From Chrysomallon squamiferum (Eukaryota > Animalia > Mollusca), in contig CM022672.1 of NCBI GenBank assembly GCA_012295275.1, positions 2,480,001 to 2,544,000 on the forward strand: 64,000 nucleotides of DNA, in the 5' to 3' direction. Positions within the stretch are counted from its first letter, which is position 1. Each line of letters begins with the position of its first letter. The notes under the pieces are model-generated. The model was not told where the DNA came from and searched no databases. It worked only from the letters and a program-made list of their open reading frames with translations. The translations under genes and the position numbers were made by a program. Shown piece by piece: positions 8,996 to 23,200 of the stretch.

Positions 8996-11900
8996 GTATA
9001 CCGAAATAACTCATAAAATTTTGTCATTTTAATACTAATGTGAAAGATATCAATTGGTTTTTATTTGCACTAATTATATAATGCATTGCTTTTATTTTTT
9101 TTATTTTTTTTGTTACTGTATAATTTAGAAAAATACTGAAACTGAATTAACAGTTGAATTAATATTGAGTATTGGTTTAATGGTAACAAACTTTGCTAAT
9201 AAACTATGAAGGTAACAACAATACCTTCAAAATATTGCTAATACTTTGTAAGGTAAATAAACTGATACATTATAAAGATGCTGTAGTTATCAGTTTGCTG
9301 TATAGTTACTTTTTTTTTTTTGTAAATTGTTCTTTTTATTTGATGTTTTTTTTATTTTTTCTTAAGTTTACTAGAATGAACTAAAAAGCAAATAGACAGC
9401 TTTCATTCATATTATGTACTTAATTATTATTAAAGACAACAGCATGAAGCAGATTTAAAAAACAAATCTTTTTAATCAAACCATAAGTCAAGCCTAAATA
9501 ACATGTTCAATGAAAAGTATAATTACAATGCTCAGTATTAAGATTTTATCTTGAAGAAAAAACAGTGTACTTGCATTTATAAGAAATTTTAACTCGTTCA
9601 TGATTTTAATTTATATTTTCATTTTGTTGTTCAGAAAAATAATGGAATCAATTCACTTAGAAATTTTATTTACAGACCATGAACATTCACTGATTTTCTT
9701 AAGAAAAAAAGGAAAATATTAAGACATAATACTTGCATATTAAATTTCAGAAACATATACATACTATCATTTGGTTAGTTTCAAACAAAAATAATTATAT
9801 AATCAAGTCTTTTTTTCAGTATTTCAGTGTGTGTTCTGTATTTTTAGATGGAATTGTTGCAGTGGAAGAAAATGATGTTACTGAACCCATGGATGTGTTT
9901 TACCCTTCCAAAAACTGGAAAACGATCAAGGAAGGTTAGTGATATATTTGGTTTAGTAAATACTTTTCACGAGATGGTGATCATTACAATTACAGTGATA
10001 TGTAAAGACAACTGGGACCAATAACACTGATCCAGATCTTAAGTCATACAGCTAATTACTGAGTTTTAAACAACAATAGCAGAGTAACAATACAATTTCC
10101 ATTTGACATTTTGTTTATTATATACTTTATCTCTTTGATCCACTGACAAAGATGATAGGTATTAATCCTGAGGTGTATTTTAAGCACTTTTACGAAAACT
10201 TGTGTTTGCTGAATGCAAGAAACTATCCAGTTTGTCCATATATTTGAAACTGAATGAGGTATCAGAATGAAGGTTATGGAAGGTTCTTACACAAAATCCT
10301 TCAGAGGTCTCTATAAATGAATGGTCTTAATAAAATCCTTTATATATCTGAGTTACTATGTTACTGTTGCTGGGTACCTGTCACTGCATGTAACAAAGTG
10401 ATGATAATAAAATAACACACAGATGAAAACATGAACTCAACCATTTTGTCCCTTCACAACTCTAGTTGTAACATTATCACATAACTGTGATCCACAGCTG
10501 TATTTCATCTTTACTCTTGAAAATACTCATGTAATAAATACAAATATAAATTACGTAATGAATAGTAACTCAAATCAATAATGTTCATGTAAATATATAT
10601 ATGTAATTTACATAAAAAAAAACTAATAATATCCATAGACTATGATTTGTGTATAACATCTTATCACTGAGATAAGCAATACGTGTTTTTAACCATCTGT
10701 TTAATATTTTAGATTTTCCAATTTATTCAAAATAAAAGTATTGTAATATGACAAAAAAAAAAAAAAAAATTACGATTATTGTTTGCTTCAAGATTGATTC
10801 TAGTGATACTGATGGCATTTTACTTTTATTATTTGCAATGAATTTCAAACTGCTTATAAAATTTTGAAAAAAGGACAAAGGAAAAAAGTTTATATATTTG
10901 TTGAATGAATATTTTTATAATTTATAGCATTTACAGTGACATTTAATTTTAATTTGAAAACATGTTTTAATTGAAAAAAAAATTATATCAAAATTCAATT
11001 GTCATTTTTTTGATTATAAAAATAAAATAAAATATAAAATATATATCAAAGTATAACCAGGTGGGCTGAATTAAAAATGTAATTTAAAGGAAATCATTTC
11101 TAAAGAAAAACAGATTTAAACAGTTTATTTGCAGACCTGCATACTAACTTGGAGGACAAGTTGCAATACAAACTTTAGACCTAAAACCTAAAAAAAAAAT
11201 CATGCAGTTATGTTTTAAAATTTGAAATTTAAAGAAATCATTTCTAAGGAAAATAAACATAGATCTAAAAAAAATTTTAAAAATTATTTTTATCTTTTTT
11301 TTTATTATTATTGTTTTGTTTTTGTATTTTTGTGTATTTGTTTTTCTTTTGTGCTAAATTTCAGGATTTGTTTACCTAGCTAGATATACAACACTCGATA
11401 TTTAATTATTTTTTATTATGGACATATGCTGTTGATGTTTTTTGTGTATTAAATTAGGACAGGCAATCCCCAGTGGGTTACATGTGAGAATGAATCTACA
11501 GACAGGCAAGAAGGAGGCTAAGTTAATGGATGGTGACAGTGGTGTCAAGTACTGGGAGACAGGTGGCAGGAAAGGTAAAACTTAATTATAAACAGATTTT
11601 TATTCTAGTGGTTGATCAGAAACCACTTTATTATAATATTTTCTTTATCATCAACTGAAATTTGTTGTTGTTGATGTTGAAGATACTGTTGTAGTTGTTA
11701 TTGTTTTAAAGAAATCATTTTTTTTTTAATTAACTTATTTTTATTAAATTTTGTATTTGTTGTTTTATCATATTGTTGCCAGACATATTGTTTTGCTGGA
11801 TATTTTAGCATTCCTTCATTCATTCATCTGTAGTTTAACAAGTAGAGCAAAGATTCTAGTTAGCACTTTATTGTTAGCATATAGATCTTGCTGTCCATTT

Positions 11901-13513
11901 TGCATTATTTCCAGTTCCAATAAGCATATATATCAACAACATCATGTGTCTTCCTGTCCATGGGAAGGTGGTTATAAAAGATATCTTGCCGCTAATCAAC
12001 AAAGTATACCCAAAAATTATTATTTCATTGAAACAGTGATGTTTTTTTTGTTCTAGGTATGCTGAACACAAAAAAGAAACAGTTCACGCGAGATGAATTA
12101 AAGGAAGCACTGAAACATTTTAAAGCACATGTCAATGTCAAAGATGAAAAACAAGTATTTTTGTTTATCTTTTTTAATTAATTAATTCTTATAGGCAAAA
12201 AGTATTTCGTTGACTTTATATGCATTTGCTGGTTTGAATGTATGTATGTATGTATATATGTATATATGTATATAATATGTATGTATGTATATATGTATAT
12301 ATATATGTTAGTATATATGTATTATGTATATATGTATATATGTATATATGTATATATATGTATGTATATATATATGTTAGTATGTATGTATGTATGTATG
12401 TATGTATGTATGAATGTGTCAGTACAAAACATATGTACATCCATCCATTAACAAACATGGACACACACAGAGATATGAACTACATGTAGATACAACCCAA
12501 CACAACATGCTTAAAGAGTTCTGGGTTTTTTGATTAATAGATTTTCAATGCATATGGGCTCCAAAGTTAATAGAAATACATTTTCATGATGTTATTTTGT
12601 GTGTGTGATTTTTTTTTTCAAACTGATTAAGACCAAAGAAGATGTGAAAAAGAAATTCCGAACTTACGAAGAACTGAAAGAAGAGTTAGCGAAGGCTAAA
12701 ATGTCAATGAAGACTGATGGTGAACTAGTCGCTGAGTTGGTAGACATGTTTAGAAAAGCTGCTTCTGATTCAGACAAGAAGGCAATCTTGACAGACCTGG
12801 AATATTATCTTCATCAGGTATGATACATAATGTGGTCTTGTGAGAAACGATTAAAATCAAGCAATAATGGTATAAATAAATGGTCATATAATACTCCTTA
12901 GAATAATGAATGGTTATAAATGGTCATATAATACTCCTTATACTTAGAATAATGAATGTTTGTGTCGGAATAGGTTAAATTTACAGAGTTGTACTATCAA
13001 ATAAAATTCCCTGTTTTTAATGAAGTAAGTGGCCATCTTGGAAAAGGTTAATGTGTAGCAGTAGTGGTGTTATTAAACAGATAAAATTTAATGGAATGTC
13101 AGAAAAGTACTAATGCAAGTACTAATACAAGTAAATTATCTAATGATATTCATTATATTTAATGGAATATGTGTTCGTGTTAGAAAAAGTTACACTATTG
13201 ATACTAATAAATGATCTAATAAAATTCTTTACACTTCCAAGTTACTATTTTATTGTTAGACTAGACTAACAATAAAAAATGTAGTGTTACATTTGTATAA
13301 ATGTTGCCATTTATCACTTAACAAGTTGTATCATCATAAATATGCCAGCAGTCAGGTAAGCTATCTCTGACAACATGAGAGAAAACTTAATAGTATTTTC
13401 ATTCACCATGTAAATGATGATATCAGAACTGCAAAAAACCCCAAACAATTGCAACATTGATTTTTTTTTTTTAAATTTCCTTTCATTTATTTGTCTATTT
13501 TATAAAATTGTAT

Positions 13514-13544
<31 letters not shown>

Positions 13545-13729
13545 TTCTGTTTTTGAAACTGATTCAGTGAGTGTTCTGATTTTCAGATTGATAATGCCGT
13601 TCTCTTCTGTGACCTTGGTGCTATGCCAGACCTTATTAAGTGTCTGAATGACACGAATGAAGAAATCAGGACTGAAGCAGCCTTTGTTCTGGGATCTGCT
13701 CTCCAAAGGTATTCCTAAAATATTTTACA

Positions 13730-13775
<46 letters not shown>

Positions 13776-15590
13776 TGTCATCTTTCTGATCAAAACCAAA
13801 ATACAACTGTGGTAATGTAATAGCTTATACAGTATGCTGTAAATTTTTGAAAAAAAGTATAGGCATCTTTTGTGTTTGTTTCTCAGACATTCTCTAATAA
13901 ATACATCTTCTGTTCAAGGATTTACTATGTTACCAAGTTAATTATCTAATTATTTCTTGAAGAGTAATCTTTACTACAAATAAAGAACTTTTATTTTTTT
14001 ACTTTTACTTTTTACTTTTTTCTTTACCTTCTCTTCATTCCACTTCACTTCAGTTCATTTTGTAAATCCACTTTCACCTTACTTTTATTTTTTTTATTTA
14101 TTTTTTTTAAATATTACTTTATTTTACTTTACATTAATTACTTAACCCGAATTTTGTGCCATTTCACTTCATGTTACATTACGTTACTTTTACATTTTCC
14201 TTTTTATTTCAGTTTCACATTATACTTTATCATGTTACGTTACTTTATAATTACATCACTTCTGTTTTAATTTCTTCACAGCAACCCCAAAGTACAGATC
14301 TCGGCTGTTGAGAATGGAGCAATACAGTCCATGCTGAGGATCTTGTCGACAGAAACGTCGTTCGCTGTTAAGAAGAAAACTCTATATGCTCTCTCGTCCA
14401 TTCTTCGACACTTCCCCTACGCACAGAAAAAGTTCCTGGAGCTGGGAGGCCTGGCATCCCTGAAAAAACTGTTTGACGAAATAACCATCGAGTCGGGCCA
14501 GCTCCAAGTGCGAGCTGTCACTTTGATGTACGATCTCGTTACTGAGAAGGTAAATTCATCAAAAAATTGTTATTTGTTATTGTTGTCATGTGTTATTACT
14601 TGTTAATAGATTATTATTATTATTATTTGTTATAATCGTAGTCATTATCTTTACCATCATCATCATCATCATCATCATCATCATTATTATTAATATCATT
14701 GTTATTGTTACAAAAGTGATTATTGTTATGGTATTACTGATAGTTTGAATTATTATTGTTATCATTACTGTTATTTTTACTACTATTAAGTTATTATTGT
14801 CATCATCATCATTATTATCATCACTGTAATTATCATAATCATTATTCTCATCATCAATATCATCAACATCATTATTACTGTTTACAATTACTATTACTAT
14901 TATTGTTGTTGTTGTTTTTGTTGTTGTCTTTGTTGTACCATCATCATTATTGTAGTATGATAGTCTTCATTTTTTAAAACAGTATATCTTTGCAATAGTA
15001 GTACCAGCTAATCCTAGTCATATTAGAATAGATTATCAAGTGGCAGCACATTAATGGCAAAATAACAGTATACAAAAACTCTGTCATCTAAAAATCTATT
15101 AAAATGAATTTATGCTAAGTATCGATAAATAAATATTCATTTATTCCTTAGAAGTGGTAACATGAGCTCTCTCATTGGTGAGCTTCAGTACCAGAAACTG
15201 AATATTTATTCATTAGTTTTGGAGGATTTAGTGATTAGGGGTTCTTTGTTGTTGTGCTATTTTTCCCTCTTAGGTATTAGATATTGTTGATAAGGTGTGA
15301 TTTTTAATTTGTCTCTTTAATAAAACTTCTCTTGTTTGTTTCATAAGGAGCTGACTCTGAAGGATTCACGTGAAGATAAGTTTCTGATGGAAAAGAAAAA
15401 GCAGTACAATGAGTAAGTAGCAGTTATTAGTTGTCGTGGTAGTAGTATTAGTGTTAGCAGGAGTTGATGTTGTTATTAATGACAACATGACAGCAAATGG
15501 AAAAAATTAGTAGTCACTGTAGTAGTAGAAGTGTTAGTGGTTGTAGTAAACATAACAGTTATTTTAGTAGTAGTAGTGGTGGTGGTAGTT

Positions 15591-15641
<51 letters not shown>

Positions 15642-17228
15642 TAGCCACTGTAAAAACCTGCATTAGTGCTGGTGATGGTGATATTTTTATGTATTTTTTT
15701 GTTATAGCTATTTAGATTTTTACTATTTAAATAATCAGGATTACTGTTATTGCAGTCATTTTGTTTTTATCATGATGATGATCATTATCATTTTTTTTAG
15801 ATAGATACTTTATTAACTTACTTTATGCTTGTTTAATAACAGATTCCACTGCATCCTATTTATTCTTTTATTTTTCTCAATTTTATTTTTTTAGACATTT
15901 TTTTGTTTGTTTGTTTTTTTGAATAAAATATGCTGACACATATCAGTATTAAGCAAATTCTTACACAGACCCAGAGAACAGTTTTAATTAACTTCCACAT
16001 TAAACTGGGTTGTTGTACTGAAAACGTCATTTATCTCAGTGTATGTAATCTCACCTCTTTTGAAGGATGGCTGAGATATGTGGGTGGCTGTTATCAGCCA
16101 CACAGTGACAGTGTTTATGATACAGATTAACACGATTTAGCGAACATACCTACAAAACAGATAACTCCTCAATCCATCACTTTGAAGGGTCGCACAAAAT
16201 ACCTTTGCTGCTTTAATAGTTGAAGATTAACACATGTACTTGACACCAAATCATTTTCTTAAAGGATATTTTGTTGGGCTTTTCTTTTTTTTTTCTTTTC
16301 TTTTCTTTTCTTTTTTTCATTTAGTCATTTTGTAATATTAACTCAAAGAGTTTTTGTTAATTTACATACATACACCACTGGGGTACATGACTACATCACA
16401 CTGTGTGGTAAACTTTGATGTCGCTTTAACAAAAAACAACAACAAAAAGACATAAATAAAAAGAGAAGGGAATTAATCATGTTGAGAAGTTGTGCAAATA
16501 TGTACATAAGTGATTATGGGAGTCTGTTACCATTTTATGTTATGTTTATTAATATTTTATTGCTTCAGAGAAGCTTTACTGTCATTTTTTAAGCCAGACT
16601 TTGATTGTTTTAAATAGTACATTAAACATCAAATAATTTGTGGGTGGTATTCTGAAAAGTTTTGTTAGATGAAACAGAATATTTGTTTGATGTTACGCTT
16701 ATTCTGACAAAACCAGTTAAACAAATTTCTTTTCTTTTCTTTCTCTCACTCTCAGTTTTCTTTTTAATAATGTAAAATCATTTTAAGTGCTTTGGGATTG
16801 TACTAACAAACAGCCAAAGCAATATTATTTTTTCAACAGTTTAAAAAGTTAACCATTTCCTAAAATAGTCTAATAATTATTAATTAGGTTTAACTAGGGT
16901 GGTATAAACAAACAGGTAAATCTGTAATGTAATATAATTTAAACTGACTGCTTTATTTGATTGGGGATTCTTGGTGTTTTTGAGTTTGTTTTTCATAAAA
17001 AAAATTTATTCACTCAACTAATTTTAAAGTATAATTCTGAAGATACATTTTTCTTTCATATTTACTCCTTTTAAATCTATCTTGAATAGAAATACCACAG
17101 TTAAGATATACTCATAATTGACTTTGTTATACATTCACTTTTTGTTGTGTTTCATTTGTTCCTTTTAGTTATTTATTTATTTAGTTATTATTATTTATTT
17201 ATTATTATTATTATTATTTTTATTATTA

Positions 17229-17297
<69 letters not shown>

Positions 17298-19342
17298 TTA
17301 TTATTATTATCATTATTATTATTATCATTATTATTATTAATATTATTATTGGGTGTTTTAAATAGAAAAAAAAAAAAATTAAAAAAAGAAGAAAAAAGAA
17401 AGGATATAATTATAAATAATATAAATAATAAACATTAGAAAAAGAAAACAATTTTGCACATGGCCATTACAGAGAAAACTATTTTCATAACAATAACTGT
17501 CACATGTGGAAACATCCTGCACAGATGTTCTCTTCAGTGCGAAAACAAAAAATAAATCATTTTCCTGTTTGTTTTTACCTTTTATTGCACTCAAATTTAC
17601 ATAATATGTGAAATATGTGACCACTTATGGACACAAACTGACGGAAATAAAAAAAAGAATATAATTATAGCTAGAATTGCCATTTGTCCTTTTCTGACCC
17701 GAAATGTTTTATTTGATACTAAAATCCTTGTGAGTTTTGAGAAAAAAATAAATATTTCCTATTTTGCTATTAAAACTCCCATGGACATTTTTGAGAAAGT
17801 GTTTTAACAACAAATAAATGACAGGAATAGTATTGTTATAGGTTGTAAAAGAAGAAATGAAAAATAACAATTTAATTCTTTGTCAGAATGGTGAATAGAT
17901 AACATTGTTATATAACTTTTACACAATATTGAAAAACTTTGACATTATATTGTTAACATTATGTAGAGTAGTTTCAATCTTTTATAATAATTTAAAATAA
18001 GTTTCAGGTCCTTGAGAAAAAATCTGATACCATAGTTACTACAAAAATATATATTTGACTATATGCTATTGTACACTTTTTGGGGTATTTTTGTTTTTAA
18101 AATGCAAACAGGATTTTTGAAAAGAAAATCAGTATTATATATTGTAAGTGTGTAAATGGAAACAATTTATGTTATATAAATAAAAATATTGTTAAATCAG
18201 AATTTAATAAATAAATAAACAAACAAACAAACAAACAAACAAACAAATAAATAAAAGTAGTTTTAGTGTAATGTATTGCTAGGATTATGTAAAGTATATT
18301 ATTCAGAGTTATGAAATAATTTACAATATTTTCTGGATGTTAAGCTCTTTTAAATTACGTATTACAAAGTAACATAACTTTTTGTCGTTTGTATATTTGA
18401 TTATCCCATTATTTTACTGCTGTCTCCCCTTAGCAAATTCTTCAGCAAAACTGTCTCCATGTCTGTAGGAACCCCACCCCTCATAAAGCCACTAATGAGT
18501 TGTCTTGTCATAATGCAGGAGAAATATGGTAAATAAAATTTGAAAAATTAAGGTAAACAACAGTTGTAACATTCAGAATAAAAATAATTCTTTTGTTTCT
18601 TCTTTAACACACACGCACACATACACACACACACATATCTACATATAATTTAAAATTAAAAAACATAATAATAATAATGATAGTAATAATGGTGGTTGTA
18701 GTAGCAGTAGTAGTAGTATCAGTTTGTAGCAGATGTAGTAAGCATATATAAAATAATTTAAAGTTTAAAAATGACTAACAATAATAATTTTTAAAAGTAT
18801 TAAAGAATAAAGTAATAATAATAATAATAATAATAATAATGTATTAGCACTAGTAGTAGTATTAGCTGTAGTGGTAGTAGTAAGTATAATAATAATAATA
18901 ATAATTATAATAATAATAATAATAATAATAAAAAGAAAATCAAATCAAAACAGCAACTTTAGAACAAGGAGTTAGCATTGTAAATAACAAACAGCTCAGT
19001 ACTAGTGTTCTTTTTTAAAATTTATTATTTTGAATTATCAACATGTCCTTTAAAAGTATGTTTGAATGCACGCAGGCAGATGTGCATGTGTTTGCATCAT
19101 GCTCTGAAAAGTCTGTAAGAAAATGAGTATTCTCATAAAATATAATTACATACAGTTACAAAAATATATATATTTTGAGCAGCTTATTATGAATGATCTT
19201 TCCTGTAATTACTTTGGTAAAATGATCCTTGGTTATTACACACAAACTTCAAAAAAAGAAGAAGAAAAAATATATATAATGTAGCAAAATTATTATCATA
19301 ACTATACAATGAGTGATATTTTGCCAGAATATTCAGATATGG

Positions 19343-19381
<39 letters not shown>

Positions 19382-20183
19382 TATTAAAATCGTCACTCCA
19401 AAATGTATGTATTTGTACACATTTCTTACAAATAATACACATATTAAGAAAAATTAAATATTATATCTATTAATTGTATTAATTTTTTTTTTTTTTATAA
19501 ATTTCTTTAAAATGTAAAATTAAATATAAAAAAGAAAAATTAATATATATAAAGAAAAAAATTAATAACAGATCAATTTCTTATAACCTGATTTCTTTTA
19601 CGGATAAGCATGATAATATATTTTCCTATTTTCATAACTGACAGGCCAAAGTGGTTAAAATTTTTGCTATTGAAACCTGTGACCTTACATGTATTTACCC
19701 ACGTCTGGAACAAGTGATGGCTTGTCTGTGCTCACATAAATCTTAATTCTTCAAACAGCACCGTTGATAAGTATTGGGCAGATAACAGGTGGGACGTAAG
19801 CCTCCAACAATGAGTGGAGCTTTTGTTCTCAAACAGTTCTAAAAGGGTACCTCTAAAAATCCTCACTTTGTGTGGTAATTGATGGCTTGTTGATTCCACA
19901 GTGAAGTCCTTGACTTCAGGCTTCTTTTTCTGTCCATTTTAAGTCGTGTGGGAGCTTCTGCTTCGGTTCTGTTCATGTAGACATGTTTGACAATCCATAT
20001 TTGCCTGGAAGAGAGCAATGGGCAGAGATAATGCATATATGTTAGAGACAGAGATTGATAGTGTGTGCATATATGTGCATGTATGCATGTGGTTATCGCT
20101 AATTGTTTTTAACTTTAAAGAAATATAGACCATGTTGTAGTGTTACTATATGGGATAAGGAAATGTATTTATCTTTACCACTT

Positions 20184-20240
<57 letters not shown>

Positions 20241-23200
20241 TATAAATACTTTAATCATTTAGGATGAATTTCATCTATTCTGAGCAGCATAAATGATTGT
20301 AGGCAGGTATTTTGTAACATCTATGAATACAAGACACATTCTGTATGTCTGTCGTTCACATCTATCTTATTTTCTTTTATCCTTTCTTCTATATTTTAAT
20401 CCATTCATTCACAGATACTCACATTTTCTTTATTATCATTCTTGCTCTCTACATGCGTATGATTTCACTCTGAACAGCATGAAAAGATTTATAATTAAAT
20501 TTCAAGTATCAAATTCCCTTTGATTTTAATTCATACCTCAGCAGACTAGTGTGCTTGTTTGTCAGGTTTTAACAGTTACCTAGTCACCCTTAAAAAAGAA
20601 AACTGATACAAAGGACACTGTGGTTTCTTGTGAAGCAGGTACATCACTTGACTGATGATCTTTATGAAACCTCTGCTAGAACAAATGTCCAGGACAACCC
20701 CATTCAGTGACTGGTGATCTTAGTGTAAGCACTTGCAGCCCCAGGGACAGGACCCTAACCCCCCTTACCTGTAACAACAAACATAAAATCCTGATCTCCT
20801 TGATGTTATAATGCACCTTTGACCCTAAAGTCTAGACTGACTAGTTTAATAAACATGCTGCCAGTAGATGGCATGCTGTATTCGTCCATATATCAGATAT
20901 CAGTGTGTTGATCGTAAATCCACTTTATTGAACAACCGACCATGCTTGGTGATCATGAACTGCAGTATTATAGATGTTCAATTTTAATCTCTGTGTACGA
21001 CATGAACCGGTAAACATACAGCCACTAGTGAAAGTTTCAGTTTAGATTTACACTCAAGTTAGGTTTATATATTTAGTAGATAGTTTAATAGATTTACGAT
21101 CTGGCCCCAGAGATCCTATGAAGGTCAAGTAGCCAGCCATTCAACTCTCAGACGTTCTAACCAGTCTTGCAATTCAGTAACTTTTTGATAAGCTACCATT
21201 TCTGATTTTTCAAATTAACCTTGTCATTTGTGGTGTAACATTGTAGATTTATTGAAAGGGATTCTGGTTCAGTTGAGATGTCATCAGGTTCATCTAAATG
21301 AATAATGTATTTTTATTTTGTTACAGTTACATGAACAGAAGTGAAACAGTTCACAAATAAACATCATATGTTTTCAAAAGGGTCATTGTTGATGCTACAG
21401 ATGTGAAAGTAATTTGAAATAGATGTCAGCGATATAATCCATGTATTTAATTAATTATATTTAGAAATATTTCAATAGTAAAAAGGAATGTTATTTAGTA
21501 AACTTGCTTGAGGGTTTGTTTCTTTTTTGTTGCTGTTTTTTTTTGTAGTGTTCCAATAAAGAAAGTGAATACATATTTCTCATTACAATAAAAGATTATT
21601 ATAATAAATTTTATAACTCTTTAAGGTATATCAATTTATTTTAAAAAGACAATTTTTTTTCATTCAGATGTTTCTTTTCAGAAAAGTTCAAATGTTTTTT
21701 ATATGTTCAGTACAGACACATACACACATACACACATGGAAATGGAGAAAATGAAAACAGACAACAAGAGTAATGGAAAGAGAGATAAAATTCACACAGA
21801 TTGTCAGACACTTTTGATAGATTATTGGTCGACTGATATTAAAACAGAGCTTTAGAACCAGACAGAACTGCTGACAAACTCAAAAGAAATAAAAGTGTCA
21901 TATTTTAGATCTCAGTCAACTGAATATACATCTCAGACAGCCATTTAATGAAAATTAAAGTTTATTAATGTCTGTACCCTGCACTTGTAGCCTGGTCTTG
22001 TTTTAGCTTTCACCTATCAGATTATGACATACTAGTAAACCCCTTGTCAGTCGGTCATGATGTTTTACAAGACACTGCTTCACTTCTCAGTTATGGTCTT
22101 TAAACAGCAGTGAATAAAACCACCAAGAGGCTTTCCTCTGCACATGTTTGTTTGCACACTGAAAACCCATGGTCCTTGTTGTTCTTACTTAGATGGTATT
22201 ATACTTGTCAGCTGCCATAATAACATATTAAAGAGAAAAGTAACATTGCGATAAGAAAATGTTTGCTCATGGGTCACATTTTTCTTTGAAGTGAAATCAA
22301 GATGGTGGACAGGCTGGAAGCCCTGTTCCTGATTAGATTTCATGTTGACAGGCTCTTGTTGTGTTGATTTAACACGAGTTATTGTGTATGTGTCTTTTGT
22401 TTCCTGCAGTGTTGCTTTACAAAGAGTTATTCAGCTTTTCACTGGAACTCTTGCATTTCCGGTGGGAATTAAAAAGTCGGAGGCTCATAAAGCATTGACT
22501 GATTGGGACATTGCAGGAGTTAAATAACAGACTGCAATTTTTCATCTCGTGTGCTGTGATGTTTTACATTATTTATGAGAAATAGAACCGAGTTAAAAGC
22601 AATTTAAAAAAAGAAAAAAAGAAAAAAAAGAAAGAAAGAAAGAAAGAAAGAAAAAAAGGAGAAAAAAAACCAAACAGTATGTTTGTGGAAATGGAGAGGC
22701 TTATTATTATTATTATTATTATCATCTTTTTTTTTTTTTTTTTTTTTTTTTAATATGATGATTATAAAACGTTCCCTTTTTTTTCTTTAACATAATCTTA
22801 AAGGTATAGGTTTTATTTTTGTGTGTTTTTTTTTTTATTTATGTTTTATATTTAAATGAAAATAAAAACATTTGAATAATCAGAATATTGCTTTTTGTAT
22901 CCTGCTCTTGTTCTTTATTTTTGAAATATCTGCTTTAATGTTGGGATTTTGATGATGCATATGTATGTTTGTAAGTTGCATTTGTTTATAAATATACATT
23001 AGTGTTTTGAGCCTTTTCATGTTTATGTCTGCATGCATGTGCATATGCATTATGTGCGTGTGCATTATGTGCGTGTGTGTCTCTGTTATGAACTTATATT
23101 TATATTTTTTAAATTATGTTAACTTTATATATACTAATAAAATCTGTCCTCAACACTGAAATTAATAATAATAATAAGAAGAAGAAGAAGAAAAAGAAAT

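Noticed and set aside
12216-12489. Overlapping YV/MY/HT-rich ORFs, and likewise poly-I, poly-Y, poly-N and poly-S ORFs elsewhere
   Set aside because: Simple-repeat artefacts of (TATG)n, (ATT)n and (AGT)n.
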